DNA of 64,000 bases. It comes from a virus. The notes below the pieces were generated by a model. That model did no database searches. It had not been told where the DNA came from and saw only the letters and a program-made list of their open reading frames with translations. Made by a program: the position numbers and the translations under genes. Location: IMG/VR virus record IMGVR_UViG_3300042555_002918, positions 64,001-128,000 of that record; one strand, 5' to 3'. How positions within the stretch are numbered: position 1 is the stretch's first letter; each line of letters opens with the position of its first letter. Of this stretch, positions 62,741 through 64,000 are shown piece after piece.

Positions 62741-63182
62741 TGACGGGCTTAATCCTAACAGTCTTCTTGAACCTGTATTTAGGGCGCAAGGACCATTGGC
62801 TAAGCTCAGGGTACGGCACTATGAAAACGGTCTTGGATGCTCGATTGCTGTAGGGAAGTATCGACAGGTCAACTTCAATAAGACCCTTTTCGGCAAGGAT
62901 GGAAATGATTTTGTTTCGGCGCTCTCTGTCGAGCTTAGTCATGCAATCCGGTCGGCCGTCTATCCAAAAGAGCTCTTTGAAATGGCAGATGTAGAACTCG
63001 TTACCATGGCGGAAGATATGGCATGTCTGAAACAGGTTTTTGGTGCCCGATGGATTTATCCCAACCCTACGAAGGAAGTTCTTAATAGTGGTAAAGCTCT
63101 CACGCTCTTTAAGCTTTACCCTTACTAGCTGATTTATCCTCTCTTCCTTTAGTGCCACCATAAGCCAACCTGAGTTCTTCAA
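62724..63182 (-). CDS. regA: Translational repressor (start uncertain)
   Basis: LRRVGI, LFQTCHIF..G.FYI.HFKELF.IDG, RRNKI. Confidence 0.9.
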   Translation of the reverse strand: MKNSGWLMVALKEERINQLVRVKLKERESFTTIKNFLRRVGINPSGTKNLFQTCHIFRHGNEFYICHFKELFWIDGRPDCMTKLDRERRNKIISILAEKGLIEVDLSILPYSNRASKTVFIVPYPELSQWSLRPKYRFKKTVRIKPVNGTIN

Positions 63183-63546
63183 GGTCCTCAGCAGTACACA
63201 GAGCTAGGTACTCCCTCGCAACTTCGATAGAGCACTGATAGTATTTAGCAATAAGGTCGATGTCCTCGAATGACTCACTCGCATTTTTAGAGGAAACCCA
63301 CCGCTCAAATGGTCTCCGATACTTCGAGACTTGATTGAAAAGGAACGCGTAATGTTGGTCGGGCGAGACCTGATACTCATTCAGCATCTGGCAAATAAAG
63401 ATATTATCTCGGTGGTGGGCGACCGCCCGGTTAACGATGTAGTTGATATACCCATCCGACATCTCCAAAGGCTTGTTGGAGCTAAGAATGGACTTCGAGT
63501 AATCGAAAGGTGACGGCCCCTTAGGTTTGTCCTCCCGCTCTATCAT
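63109..63546 (-). CDS. gp62: Clamp loader small subunit
   Basis: PFDYSKSI, YIVNRA, YYQCS..AREYL, YGG; lies between gp44 and regA. Confidence 0.88.
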   Translation of the reverse strand: MIEREDKPKGPSPFDYSKSILSSNKPLEMSDGYINYIVNRAVAHHRDNIFICQMLNEYQVSPDQHYAFLFNQVSKYRRPFERWVSSKNASESFEDIDLIAKYYQCSIEVAREYLALCTAEDLEELRLAYGGTKGREDKSASKGKA

Positions 63547-64000
63547 GCAAACTCACAGTTGCTCATGACTTCAGTAAGGGCCGAAAGAAGGCATATCCCC
63601 TTATCTACCACCCTTATTGCCTTATCTTGATGGTCATTGAGGATTATAACCAACGCCGGTTTACTCTTGTTATCCACCAGCGGCTCCAGGGCTTTGTACA
63701 ATTTGCCGTATACCTCTGGCTTGATGTTTGTCTGGGAGAACACCCAATTACGCAGAGAGGTCCAGCTCTTGCTTTTAAGAAAGCCTGCCACCTCATCGAA
63801 ATTGTTGTCTCTATAAACGGCAAGCACCCCCGGATTTATCTCCCCATAGGCTTTGGCATAACCCTGAAGCAAATTAAGGATATGCCTAATGTCCGGGAAG
63901 AACTCCTTTACGATACCAACCAGCACCTCTTTGTCGAATTTTACGCCTTCAGACTGGAGAACGGTCTGGAGCCTTACGAAGGTTGCCTTCATAAGGTCCT
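63543..64000 (-). CDS. gp44: Clamp loader large subunit (5' end outside window)
   Basis: FFPDIRHILNLLQ, LRNWV, C-terminal LTEVMSNCEF. Confidence 0.88.
   Translation of the reverse strand, partial: DLMKATFVRLQTVLQSEGVKFDKEVLVGIVKEFFPDIRHILNLLQGYAKAYGEINPGVLAVYRDNNFDEVAGFLKSKSWTSLRNWVFSQTNIKPEVYGKLYKALEPLVDNKSKPALVIILNDHQDKAIRVVDKGICLLSALTEVMSNCEFA

Noticed and set aside
62565-63128. 187-aa + strand ORF and other short antisense ORFs in the track
   Set aside because: Overlap well-supported - strand genes (lysozyme, regA) and lack motifs or expression signals
1-64000. Stop-codon reassignment, DGR or retron
   Set aside because: Core genes are full length in the standard code; no reverse transcriptase or TR/VR pair was seen

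Overview
64 kb segment of a large T4-superfamily myovirus genome (standard genetic code, genes mostly on the - strand). It carries baseplate/tail genes (tail fibre, VrlC-like, gp8, gp7, gp6, gp25, gp5), spanins, head genes in scrambled order (gp22-gp23 ... gp20 ... gp21) and the T4 replisome (gp44, gp62, regA, gp43, uvsX, gp41, gp61, rnh). Nucleotide-metabolism genes (class II RNR, dcd, gmk) and counter-defence genes (dam, ardC, orphan Phd antitoxin) are also present. Main observations: (1) An intact-looking lysogeny module sits between core genes: a tyrosine integrase beside an attP made of the 3' half of tRNA-Gly(GCC), with arm-type repeats on both sides, an IHF-consensus site, two Xis-like genes and a nearby HTH gene. 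This suggests a temperate T4-like phage. (2) A phage-specific promoter motif, GGTAATGCTCGGC-N16-TAnnnT, occurs about 15 times with invariant spacing, including variants before int and xis. (3) At least six proteins begin with a T4-type capsid-targeting sequence, including two ADP-ribosyltransferases, a kinase-like protein and a J-domain protein, which suggests a virion-injected effector set. (4) Many genes start 5-7 nt after their promoter and may be leaderless. All functional calls come from motif reading and recollection of protein families; no database search was run.
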